DNA from: an uncultured Acidobacteriaceae bacterium
Lineage (GTDB): Bacteria > Acidobacteriota > Terriglobia > Terriglobales > Acidobacteriaceae
Length of the DNA: 64,000 nucleotides
Direction: 5' to 3'
Assembly: GCA_963814015.1 (NCBI GenBank)
Contig: CAWFBI010000007.1
Span: 247,461-311,460 of the forward strand
Part shown: positions 55,890 to 64,000 of the stretch, piece by piece
Layout: each line of letters begins with the position of its first letter
Position numbering within the stretch: the stretch's first letter is position 1
Translations under genes and position numbers: made by a program
Notes under the pieces: generated by a model
What the model was told of the DNA's origin: nothing
Database searches by the model: none
What the model saw: the letters and a program-made list of their open reading frames with translations, nothing else

Positions 55890-57652
55890 CTGAGGGAGCC
55901 TGCTTCGATTCTCCAGCAATCCTCGTCGATCACCCGCAGCAGTCTGGCCCGGCCATCCACAATCGTCAGGAACTGCACCGTATCCGGAGACCACGAATCA
56001 TCCCCTACGCGAAACAGCGACGAGCCGATTTCGGTGAGCGGCGAGTCTCCCATCCACAGCCGGCCCTTACGCACAAAAACGGAAACGTCATCGCCGCCTT
56101 CGCTTCGGTAACGGCCGGTGAAAGCGCTATATGCGGCAGGCGCCCGGAACTCGCGATCTCCTCGGTACGCCGTGTTGGTGTACCAGTGCGGCCCATAAGC
56201 CACCTCGACGACGGGCGATGGAGGATCCGGCGGAGTGCTGCCCGTCTTTTCCGTCTTGCTGTTTGCCTGTTCTCTGCCGAAGGTCAAGCTATAGTCCGAA
56301 AATTCATCCTGCACTGTAGAGACAAACGAATCTCCCACCCCGCGTTGCAGAATAATCTCTCTCCCTCCATCCATAAGCAGGAGCCTCTTGCCCTCCGCCT
56401 TGAACAGCAGCTCCTTGTCATCGCCGTTACGAAAGACGCCCGCATACTCGCCGGCATTGTCCACCTCCACTGCATCCGCAAGCGTTTCTGCTGCGGGCAG
56501 CGGCTTCCCTTCGCGCTGTGCCCGCAGCAACTGCACCGCGTACTGGGTGACCGGCGTCGGCCGGTAGCCTTGCATCGCATTGATCGAGGCAAAGGCGGCG
56601 ACGCCTCCGTCCAGGTCCACGTGGATCGAGGACGCAAAGCAGTTCATTCCTCCCGTGTGCCGCAAAATCTTATGACCGTCGAGAACATCGACGGCAATGC
56701 CGTAGCCGTACGATGCCGTCGGGCTAAATTCCGCAGCCTGGAGGTACGGCGTCGTCATCAACCTGAACCCGTCCGCGGAGACAATGCCTCGGCCGCCATT
56801 GAGCAACATTCGCAAATAGATCGCCATATCCCCAGCCGGCGATGCAATGCTGCCTGCCGTACTGGTGAATACCTCTGGCGGACTTGGCACTAATCGACCC
56901 TGGCGAGGGTACACCTGGTCGTCGAAAAACGGCTGATAGCCGGTGGCGCTACGAGCGCTGGATTCTATGGTGATCACCGGCGCGGTCTGCATCATGGAGA
57001 GCGGCGTGAGAATACGGGCCTGGAGGCATTGGTACCAGGGCCTTCCATCCAGCTTCTCGATGATCTGGCCGAGAATGGCGAAGCCCAGATTGCAGTAGTG
57101 GAAGTGAGAGCCGGGCGCGAAACCTTGTACATGCCGGGCGGCAGGATCGCTTTGAAAAATAGCAGAAGCATCGGGAAGACCGGAGCTGTGCGTCAGCAGA
57201 TGATGCACGGTGATTGGCCCGTACGGCATGTTCACTGGAAGCCAGGGCAAATACTCGAGCACCGGCCGATGAAGATCCACTTTGCCCTCTTCATGCAACT
57301 GCAGCATGATCAGCGCCGCAAAAGACTTGGTAATTGACCCGATCTGGAAGAGGTGCTCCGCGGTCACCGGAGCTTTCAGATCGACGTTGGCAAAGCCGTA
57401 GCCCGCGGTACGGATGGTTGCTGTCGTATCGGTGAGCGCCTGCGTCATTCCCGGGGCGTTCATAGCCCGCATGTAATCTGCGGTGAACGCGTCCAGCTTG
57501 CCCTGAACCGCATCCCTGGCGGCCGGGCTGGGAATCGGCCCAAGGCCCCATAGCCTGGCGGAGGCGGCCACCGAGACGGCCGTGCCTCCACCAAGCGAGA
57601 GAAAGGTGCGCCTATCGAGCAGATGCCCCATGAATTCGCGTAAGTCTAGCAC
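55883..57652 (-). CDS. serine hydrolase, beta-lactamase/transpeptidase-like (class C family) with Tat signal
   Basis: RRTFLSLGGG signal, active-site SxxK (GSITKSF), and a ~200-aa extra C-terminal domain. Confidence 0.85.
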   Translation of the reverse strand: MLDLREFMGHLLDRRTFLSLGGGTAVSVAASARLWGLGPIPSPAARDAVQGKLDAFTADYMRAMNAPGMTQALTDTTATIRTAGYGFANVDLKAPVTAEHLFQIGSITKSFAALIMLQLHEEGKVDLHRPVLEYLPWLPVNMPYGPITVHHLLTHSSGLPDASAIFQSDPAARHVQGFAPGSHFHYCNLGFAILGQIIEKLDGRPWYQCLQARILTPLSMMQTAPVITIESSARSATGYQPFFDDQVYPRQGRLVPSPPEVFTSTAGSIASPAGDMAIYLRMLLNGGRGIVSADGFRLMTTPYLQAAEFSPTASYGYGIAVDVLDGHKILRHTGGMNCFASSIHVDLDGGVAAFASINAMQGYRPTPVTQYAVQLLRAQREGKPLPAAETLADAVEVDNAGEYAGVFRNGDDKELLFKAEGKRLLLMDGGREIILQRGVGDSFVSTVQDEFSDYSLTFGREQANSKTEKTGSTPPDPPSPVVEVAYGPHWYTNTAYRGDREFRAPAAYSAFTGRYRSEGGDDVSVFVRKGRLWMGDSPLTEIGSSLFRVGDDSWSPDTVQFLTIVDGRARLLRVIDEDCWRIEAGSLRG

Positions 57653-57681
57653 GACGGAGCATGGTGAACCGGGTAACTTTG

Positions 57682-58194
57682 CTAGGAAGGCATCTCATCC
57701 GCGGACGGGCCATAAACGCCCGGGATCGCGATTCCGTTGAGCCGCAGAAACACTCCCAGCTGCGCCCGGTGATGGATGAGATGGTTCAACACCCACTTGC
57801 GAAGTACCTGCGACCGGGGCATGTCTATGATGGTCTCGCCTCCCCAGGTCATCTTCCACTGATGAGCTAAAGCGGCATCGTCTGCCGCAGCCAGCTGCTT
57901 TCGCGCCTCGGTCACATACTTATCGAATCCAGCCAGGATTTCTTTCTTCCCTTTGCCTTCCCGCTCCGCGACCTTCTTCTGGTAGTCGTCATTGGACAGC
58001 GTCATCGAATCCTGCCTCAGCGTGTCCGCACACCATGAGGGTAGGTCCGATACATGCCAGGCGAGCTGCCCCATGGTCATCGACTTTTCATGGGGCTTCC
58101 ATCCCAGTTTGCCATCCGGCACAAGCTCTAAAAACTTGCGCGTACTTGCCATTTCTTCATCGAATTCCGGTAACAAAGACTCGATCATTTTCAT
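57682..58194 (-). CDS. DinB-family protein
   Basis: ~170 aa from MKMIESLLPEF.., with the HVSDLPSW and HLIHHRAQL histidine motifs of the DinB fold. Confidence 0.8.
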   Translation of the reverse strand: MKMIESLLPEFDEEMASTRKFLELVPDGKLGWKPHEKSMTMGQLAWHVSDLPSWCADTLRQDSMTLSNDDYQKKVAEREGKGKKEILAGFDKYVTEARKQLAAADDAALAHQWKMTWGGETIIDMPRSQVLRKWVLNHLIHHRAQLGVFLRLNGIAIPGVYGPSADEMPS

Positions 58195-58305
58195 TGACCT
58201 TTCCTCTAGGGCCAGTTGCCCCATGGACAGAAAGGTAGCGCCGTAAATATGACACCTGCTGTCATATATCCGCAGCTTTCTTCTTTGAAATTGAGATCAA
58301 TGCGC

Positions 58306-59211
58306 CTAAAGATCCCGCCGTGAAAAGAGAAACTGGGCCAGCAGGAGCGCCGCCAGCGCGTAGAGAATGGCCCAAATCACCATGGCATTGCTCGGTACCA
58401 GCGAACTGCCGAAGGGAGAAACGCCTGCGGTCCCGAGCAAAGGGGGCTGGAATTTGAAGGCCGCGCGGCGCCACAGAGCGTCGCTGGGCATGATGAGACT
58501 GGAGAGAATCCCCAGGTTGATCAAAGCTTGCATGTGCCGTAACGCCCCGAACTGTTCGATCCATCCACCCACGAAAGCCAGGCCATAGAGCCCCAGCGAG
58601 ACGGCGCCGCTGGTCAGCGAAGAAAAGCAGGTGCTCGCGGCCATGGTGACGCCGAGCAGCACTACAGCCTGCAACCAGATCAGGCTGAGCACTGCGGGGC
58701 CGTGCGGAGCAAGATAGCCACTCTCGAGCCAGCTGAGCACGATCGAGCCCCCCTCGATCAGCAATACATAGAGGGTGAGCATTCCGACAAAGCCAACCCA
58801 CTTGCCCAGCACCAGGCACCAGCGTTCGACGGGCTTGGTAGCAATGGCATGAACCGTGCCCGAGGCGATCTCCCCAGACAGGGTGTCGCAGGAAGTCAGC
58901 ACCGCCATCAGGGAGGTCATCATGCTTCCGGCATAGAGCACCATCATGGTCATCATGACAACGCCTTCGCGAACGTTGACGGTAGGGCCTTGCGGCGGCG
59001 AATGCTTGAGAGCGAAATGAAGAGCAGTCCAGAAAAAAGCCAGGAACACGATGCCGGCCAGGGTTGCAATCCACAGAATCTTGCGCCGCGCAGCTTCCCG
59101 GAAAGTAACCCGCGCCATCAACAACGTCGTGCGCATAGCGCCCGGTCCTTGCGCGAGGCCGATGGCCGGCGCCTCCACGGCTGACGTGGCCGCGCGCACA
59201 TCGAAGTGCAT
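58306..59211 (-). CDS. ABC-2-type transporter permease
   Basis: Six hydrophobic segments. Lies 7 nt downstream of the ATPase gene. An alternative start at 59136 (MRTTLLMARVTF) is equally plausible. Confidence 0.8.
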   Translation of the reverse strand: MHFDVRAATSAVEAPAIGLAQGPGAMRTTLLMARVTFREAARRKILWIATLAGIVFLAFFWTALHFALKHSPPQGPTVNVREGVVMMTMMVLYAGSMMTSLMAVLTSCDTLSGEIASGTVHAIATKPVERWCLVLGKWVGFVGMLTLYVLLIEGGSIVLSWLESGYLAPHGPAVLSLIWLQAVVLLGVTMAASTCFSSLTSGAVSLGLYGLAFVGGWIEQFGALRHMQALINLGILSSLIMPSDALWRRAAFKFQPPLLGTAGVSPFGSSLVPSNAMVIWAILYALAALLLAQFLFSRRDL

Positions 59212-59217
59212 TCTCGC

Positions 59218-60135
59218 TCATAGTCCGGTGTCCGGTCCCATCATGTGCAAAAACAAATCTTCCAGGCTCACGCGCTGCGGGATGACCGAGAAGACTTCTA
59301 CACCGTTTTCAACCAGGCAACGAACGACCTCTGGAAGGTGGTCCGCTTCGATCACGCGCAGCCACAGCCGTTGTCCCTCCAGGCGAAGATCCTGCGTGAA
59401 TTCCCTGAGCCGTTCCATGGCGGAAGAGCTAACCCGTGCAACCTTGATTTCGACCTCCGTCTGATTGGACTGCCACCCGCCCATCTCGTACATACCGGCG
59501 ATGCGGCCATCCCGTATGAAGGCCACTCGATCGCAGCTCTGCTCAACTTCGCCCAGCAGGTGCGAGTTGAGAAAGACAGTCGCACCGCGGTTGCATTGCT
59601 CGCTGATAACCTCGCGTACCAGCTTGCGTCCGGCAGGATCGAGCCCGGAGGTGGGTTCGTCAAGAAAAAGGATTTCCGGGTCATTGACGATCGCCTGCGC
59701 CAGGCCGACGCGTTGCATCATTCCCTTGGAGAAGCTTCGGATCGGCTTGTTGCTTTGCGCGCCCAAGCCAACACGCTCGAGCAGCTGCGGAATTTTGCGA
59801 CGAAGCGTATCCTCCGCCAGACCACAGAGCCGGCCGTGAAACAAAATCAGTTCTGAAGCGGAGAGCCAATCGTAGAAGCGAAAGTGTTCGGGGAGAAACC
59901 CAATGCGGGCGCGCACCTCGCGCGTCCCCACCGGTTGCCCCAGCACTAGAGCGCTGCCGCCAGTCGGTTTTACCAGGCCAAGCAACATCTTGATCGAAGT
60001 GCTCTTACCCGCCCCGTTAGGACCGAGAAACCCGAAAGCCTCTCCGCGCCCGACCTGTAGGGTCAGGTCGCGGACGGCGGGACGGGTACCGTAGGTCTTT
60101 CGCAGCTGAATGGCGTCGATAGTAAGAGTTGCCAT
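59218..60135 (-). CDS. ABC transporter ATP-binding protein
   Basis: Walker A GPNGAGKST, signature-like SKGMMQR and Walker B ILFLDEPTSGLD. Start at MATLTIDAIQL (60135). Confidence 0.9.
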   Translation of the reverse strand: MATLTIDAIQLRKTYGTRPAVRDLTLQVGRGEAFGFLGPNGAGKSTSIKMLLGLVKPTGGSALVLGQPVGTREVRARIGFLPEHFRFYDWLSASELILFHGRLCGLAEDTLRRKIPQLLERVGLGAQSNKPIRSFSKGMMQRVGLAQAIVNDPEILFLDEPTSGLDPAGRKLVREVISEQCNRGATVFLNSHLLGEVEQSCDRVAFIRDGRIAGMYEMGGWQSNQTEVEIKVARVSSSAMERLREFTQDLRLEGQRLWLRVIEADHLPEVVRCLVENGVEVFSVIPQRVSLEDLFLHMMGPDTGL

Positions 60136-60145
60136 GTATGGTCCG

Positions 60146-61333
60146 CTACTGCAGCTGCGAGGCCAGGTTGATTGCGGTGGTGTCATCCCCGGTGCCGTTC
60201 AGACCGAAGACTATACCATTGTCCACCCACATCAGCGTGTAGTGACCGGATTTTTGCTGATTTGCCGGCCGCACCAGCGCTGCTTCATTGCCGTTCACGT
60301 GTACCTGCTCGTACTTCGACTGACCGCGGACGATGGGAAGTACGAGTGTCGATGTCCAGTCGACGGTCTGGGTAAAGCTGGCAGCATCGTTGGCGTTCAT
60401 ACCCAGAAACTGAAGGGCTACCTGGGCAATTTGCGCCGGGTCGATCTCCTTAGGCACGGATACGACGGGGCTGGGTAGCTCGACCAGTGAAATGCAAGTG
60501 GCATCGGGCTCCTCTTCGGACTTCCCGCCGCGGTTCCCCACCATTCGAGACGCTACATCGCCGCAATTGCCATAGAGCGCCATCACGCCGGCAGGCACGC
60601 GTACACCAACGGTGGCGCCATCTACCGATTCGGGGATCTGCAGGTCGTTGCGTCCTGCCTCGTCAAGGATGGATTGAATGCGGTCGCGATTGAGTTTCAT
60701 CTGCATGCCGGCACCACTCTCCAACAGAATGCTGGACGGTGTTTCATCAGGCAGAAGCTGCACCGGGAATCCGGCTTCTTCCGACGCTGTCGCCGCATCC
60801 GCTACAAGCTGCGGCTTCTGCGGTTTCTGCGTCACCGTGACCTCATCAGAGAGAACGCGGCCAATCGCTTGATTGAGCAGCTGATTGTTTTGTAGTCCAT
60901 TGTTCTTAAAGCTCGAAGGGTCGATCTCGAGCACGGTGAAACGTTCGACCCGGAAGATAGCCAGCAGGCTCTCCGCCCACGCCCGAATCGGCCCTACCGT
61001 TAAGACCAGGATAACCGCAGCGACACCTAGTCCCGCACCCACGAAGGATAACCTCCGTCCCAGGGACCACCGGTTTTGCTCCTTATCCATCCACTCCTCC
61101 TGCTTCTTTTGGAATGCGGCCCACGCCGTCGCTGAGTTACCTCCCTCGGGCAACTGCGGCAGTCGATCAAGGCCGTCCCGAACACATGCCGCATGGTCAA
61201 CCAGGGTGGCCATCTCTTGCTGACACTCAGTGCAGCTCTCCAGGTGCTGATCGACGGCGGTGGCTTGTCCAGAATCGAGTTGTCCATCGAGGTAAGCCCG
61301 TAACATCCCTGTTCCCAGCTCTCTGTGCTTCAT
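60146..61333 (-). CDS. anti-sigma factor (zf-HC2) with large extracytoplasmic domain
   Basis: N-terminal H-x3-C-x2-C motif (HLESCTECQ), one TM helix (SFVGAGLGVAAVILVL) and a ~270-aa external domain. ATGA overlap with the sigma factor gene. Confidence 0.8.
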   Translation of the reverse strand: MKHRELGTGMLRAYLDGQLDSGQATAVDQHLESCTECQQEMATLVDHAACVRDGLDRLPQLPEGGNSATAWAAFQKKQEEWMDKEQNRWSLGRRLSFVGAGLGVAAVILVLTVGPIRAWAESLLAIFRVERFTVLEIDPSSFKNNGLQNNQLLNQAIGRVLSDEVTVTQKPQKPQLVADAATASEEAGFPVQLLPDETPSSILLESGAGMQMKLNRDRIQSILDEAGRNDLQIPESVDGATVGVRVPAGVMALYGNCGDVASRMVGNRGGKSEEEPDATCISLVELPSPVVSVPKEIDPAQIAQVALQFLGMNANDAASFTQTVDWTSTLVLPIVRGQSKYEQVHVNGNEAALVRPANQQKSGHYTLMWVDNGIVFGLNGTGDDTTAINLASQLQ

Positions 61334-61893
61334 TGCCCCTCCTTCGCAGTCTGTAACTGATGCGTCTTTCGCTGGCGCCTCTGGTGCCGTTCGTAGAGTG
61401 TGGAGAACTCCGCCTCTGCCCGCGCCAGTCTTTTGCCCACCGAGTGAACGTCCACCTGCATAGCCCGGGCAATCTCCTGGTAGGTCAGGCCGCTGTGGCG
61501 CAACAGCAACAGTTGTGCTTTCTCGACCTTCAGCTTCGCCAGCACGCCGCGCACCTGGTCAATGCGTTCCTGCCTTAACAGCAGGGTGAGCGGCCCCGCG
61601 GCTGGGTCTTCGCTTTGCCCGCCGCTATCGTCTTCGACTTCTTCAACGCCACGCCGCCGGTTCGCGCGCAGGGCATCGATGGATGCGCGCGTCGCGGTCC
61701 GATAGAGCCACCCACCGACCAGGCCGCCGGCTGCTACGCCCGGACCGCTGCGATAGAGCCGAAGGAACACTTCGGCGCAAACCTCTTCGGCTTCGGAGTC
61801 CCGTTGCAGCACTCGGCGGGTGACGCGGACGACGCGCCCGTAATGCTCGCGAAAGATCGCTTCGAACTCCGCCTCTACCCAGCGACCGCCCAT
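61330..61893 (-). CDS. ECF-subfamily RNA polymerase sigma-70 factor
   Basis: Region 2 (FEAIFREHYGRVVRVTRRVL..AEEVCAEVFLRLY) and region 4 HTH (LLLRHSGLTYQEIARAMQV). Start at MGGRW (61893). Confidence 0.85.
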   Translation of the reverse strand: MGGRWVEAEFEAIFREHYGRVVRVTRRVLQRDSEAEEVCAEVFLRLYRSGPGVAAGGLVGGWLYRTATRASIDALRANRRRGVEEVEDDSGGQSEDPAAGPLTLLLRQERIDQVRGVLAKLKVEKAQLLLLRHSGLTYQEIARAMQVDVHSVGKRLARAEAEFSTLYERHQRRQRKTHQLQTAKEGQ

Positions 61894-62069
61894 GCTCACC
61901 ACTTCTACACCTCTATTAACGATAGGCGGAGTGAGTTTGTGACATGAAAATGTCGCCTCACTCGGCGCTCGACGAAATTCACCGGAAAGGATCGACCCCA
62001 TTCGTTGACGAGACAATCCCGGGTACTCTATAAGTCTCCAGGGTTGCCCTGCGGCGCCCCACAGGAGAA

Positions 62070-63569
62070 ATGATGGCCTATATCCTCTCGCTCGATCAGG
62101 GAACCACCAGCTCTCGTTCCATCCTTTTCGGCAAGGATGGCAACATCGTCGCCCATGGGCAGCGGGAATTTCAGCAGATCTATCCCCAGGGCGGCTGGGT
62201 CGAGCATGATCCGTTCGACATCCTCACCTCGCAGATGAGCTCGGTGGTGGAAGTTCTTGGCAAGGCAGGCATACGTGCTCGAGATCTGGCGGCGGTGGGT
62301 ATCACCAATCAGCGGGAGACCACGATTGTGTGGGACCGCGAAACCGGGAAGCCGGTCTACAACGCGATTGTTTGGCAGGATCGCCGAACCGCAGAACGAT
62401 GCTACCAGATGAAGAACGACGGCACGGAAGAGACGGTCCGCCAGAAAACCGGGCTGTTGATCGATCCCTACTTCTCCAGCAGCAAGATCGCATGGATCCT
62501 GGAAAACGTCGACGGAGCGAGGCAGAAGGCGAAGGCAGGCAAACTGGCCTTCGGGACAGTGGATAGTTGGTTGATCTGGAACCTGACCAGCGGAAAAAAA
62601 CATATCACCGATCGAACCAATGCTTCGCGCACCATGCTTTACAACATCGTCGAAGACCGATGGGACGCGGATCTGCTGAAATTATTCGGAATTCCCGAGA
62701 GCATGATGCCCGAGGTTGTCTGGTCGAGCGAGAAGATCGGCCAGGTAACCACTTCTCTCGGCCTCGAAGCCACCGAGATCGCCGGCGTTGCGGGCGATCA
62801 GCAATCCGCCCTCTTTGGGCAACTGTGCATCCGGCCCGGCGATGCCAAGAACACCTACGGCACCGGCTGCTTTCTGCTGCAGAACATCGGGCAGAAGTTC
62901 GTTCTTTCGGAGAAGCGACTGATCACAACCCTCATCTGCAGCCTGGACAAGAAACTGGAATACGCCCTCGAAGGCAGTATCTTCATCGGCGGTGCCGTGG
63001 TGCAGTGGCTGCGCGACAGCCTGCAGTTGATTCACCACTCTTCCGAGGTGAATGCATTGGCGGCCACTGTCGAAGATTCCGATGGAGTCGTCCTGGTGCC
63101 CGCATTTGTCGGCCTGGGAGCGCCCTATTGGGATCCCTATGCAACCGGCCTTTTGATTGGCCTGCGCCGCGGCACCAAGCCAGGCCACATCGCTCGCGCA
63201 GCCGAAGAGAGCATAGCTTTCCAGGTGGCCGACGTTATCGAGGCCATGGATGCGGACACGAGGGTTCCCTTCACAGAATTGCGCGTCGATGGCGGCGCGT
63301 CCGTGGATGATCTGCTGATGCAATTCCAGGCCGACCTGCTGGGCGTGCCCGTGATACGCCCGGCCGTCAACGAGACCACCGCGCTCGGAGCCGCCTATCT
63401 CGCAGGGCTCGCCGTGGGCTTCTGGGAAAGTCCGGAAGAAATTCGCAAGCTGCGTACGCCGGACACTCGTTTCGAGCCCCATCCCGGTCAAAAAAGTATC
63501 ATCGCTGCGCGGGGACGCTGGAAGCGGGCGGTCGAGCGCTCCATGCACTGGCATGAAGGAGATGAATAA
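62070..63569 (+). CDS. glpK: glycerol kinase
   Basis: 499 aa with ILSLDQGTTSSR, GITNQRETTIVWD and the FGGY C-terminal domain. Confidence 0.95.
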   Translation: MMAYILSLDQGTTSSRSILFGKDGNIVAHGQREFQQIYPQGGWVEHDPFDILTSQMSSVVEVLGKAGIRARDLAAVGITNQRETTIVWDRETGKPVYNAIVWQDRRTAERCYQMKNDGTEETVRQKTGLLIDPYFSSSKIAWILENVDGARQKAKAGKLAFGTVDSWLIWNLTSGKKHITDRTNASRTMLYNIVEDRWDADLLKLFGIPESMMPEVVWSSEKIGQVTTSLGLEATEIAGVAGDQQSALFGQLCIRPGDAKNTYGTGCFLLQNIGQKFVLSEKRLITTLICSLDKKLEYALEGSIFIGGAVVQWLRDSLQLIHHSSEVNALAATVEDSDGVVLVPAFVGLGAPYWDPYATGLLIGLRRGTKPGHIARAAEESIAFQVADVIEAMDADTRVPFTELRVDGGASVDDLLMQFQADLLGVPVIRPAVNETTALGAAYLAGLAVGFWESPEEIRKLRTPDTRFEPHPGQKSIIAARGRWKRAVERSMHWHEGDE

Positions 63570-64000
63570 ATGAATCGCCGGTCAATGCTGGCTCGCGTGA
63601 ACGCGCGTACCACGCCCTGGGACATTGTTGTCATTGGAGGCGGAGCCACCGGCGTAGGCGTCGCCGTCGATGCCGCCAACCGTGGCTTCGACGTGCTGCT
63701 GCTGGAGCGGATGGATTTTGGCTCGGCAACTTCAAGCCGTAGCACCAAGCTGGTTCACGGCGGGGTGCGCTACCTGGAGCAAGGCAACGTATCACTCGTC
63801 ATGGAAGCGCTCAAGGAACGCGGACTGCTGCGCCAGAACGCTCCCCACCTGGTCCATGACCTGGGCTTCGTGGTCCCCAACTATTCCTGGTGGGAAGCTC
63901 CCTTCTACGGAATCGGCATGAAAGTCTACGACCTGCTCGCCGGCAAGTACGGGTTTGGCAAGTCCCGCCTGCTCTCGCGGGAAGAAACGTTGGAGCGCCT
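63570..64000 (+). CDS. glpD: FAD-dependent glycerol-3-phosphate dehydrogenase, N-terminal part (continues past window)
   Basis: The ATG directly follows the glpK TAA. DIVVIGGGATGVGVAVDAANRG..SSRSTKLVHGGVRYLE is typical of GlpD. The frame is open to the window end. Confidence 0.85.
   Translation, partial: MNRRSMLARVNARTTPWDIVVIGGGATGVGVAVDAANRGFDVLLLERMDFGSATSSRSTKLVHGGVRYLEQGNVSLVMEALKERGLLRQNAPHLVHDLGFVVPNYSWWEAPFYGIGMKVYDLLAGKYGFGKSRLLSREETLER

Noticed and set aside
58262-59221. 319-aa minus-strand ORF overlapping the ABC-2 permease in another frame
   Set aside because: It is arginine/glycine-rich and non-hydrophobic. The alternative frame (58306-59211) gives a coherent six-TM permease.
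62682-63554. 290-aa minus-strand ORF
   Set aside because: It is antisense to glpK.

Overview
GC-rich bacterial chromosomal segment. Its proteins and repeat content resemble Acidobacteriota (Terriglobia-like), but this is inferred from resemblance only; no search was run.

There are about 60 protein-coding genes, mostly housekeeping or metabolic:
- secG (3' end), ribBA, rpiA, glnA, xylB, an orphan nuoB, glnB-glnD
- an FtsB-like gene, cutA, bioY, an MqnA/MqnD-family gene, a delta-9 desaturase
- a two-component pair, a fused lptFG plus an msbA-like exporter, an M16 peptidase pair, dipZ
- an ECF sigma/anti-sigma/ABC-2 operon and glpK-glpD

No rRNA, tRNA or CRISPR array was seen.

Accessory or unusual content:
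- Two IS elements: one IS30-family, and one IS5/IS1182-type with perfect 19-bp inverted repeats.
- Two large intergenic mosaics of interspersed repeats (9505-10021 and 13350-14302). They contain 107-108-bp units bounded by 13-bp terminal inverted repeats.
- A second ~86-bp repeat family bracketing the IS30 element.
- At least three decayed genes: a SpoIIE-type phosphatase, a small cupin and msrB.

The most interesting locus is a fluoride-riboswitch-like (crcB-motif) leader at ~44526-44603. It sits in front of a translationally coupled dynamin-like GTPase and a tandem-DUF190 protein, and no CrcB/EriC-F exporter is present in the window. This may be an undescribed fluoride-responsive module, but it needs covariance-model and experimental confirmation.

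All calls come from reading the sequence and the supplied translations by eye. No database search or computation was possible.
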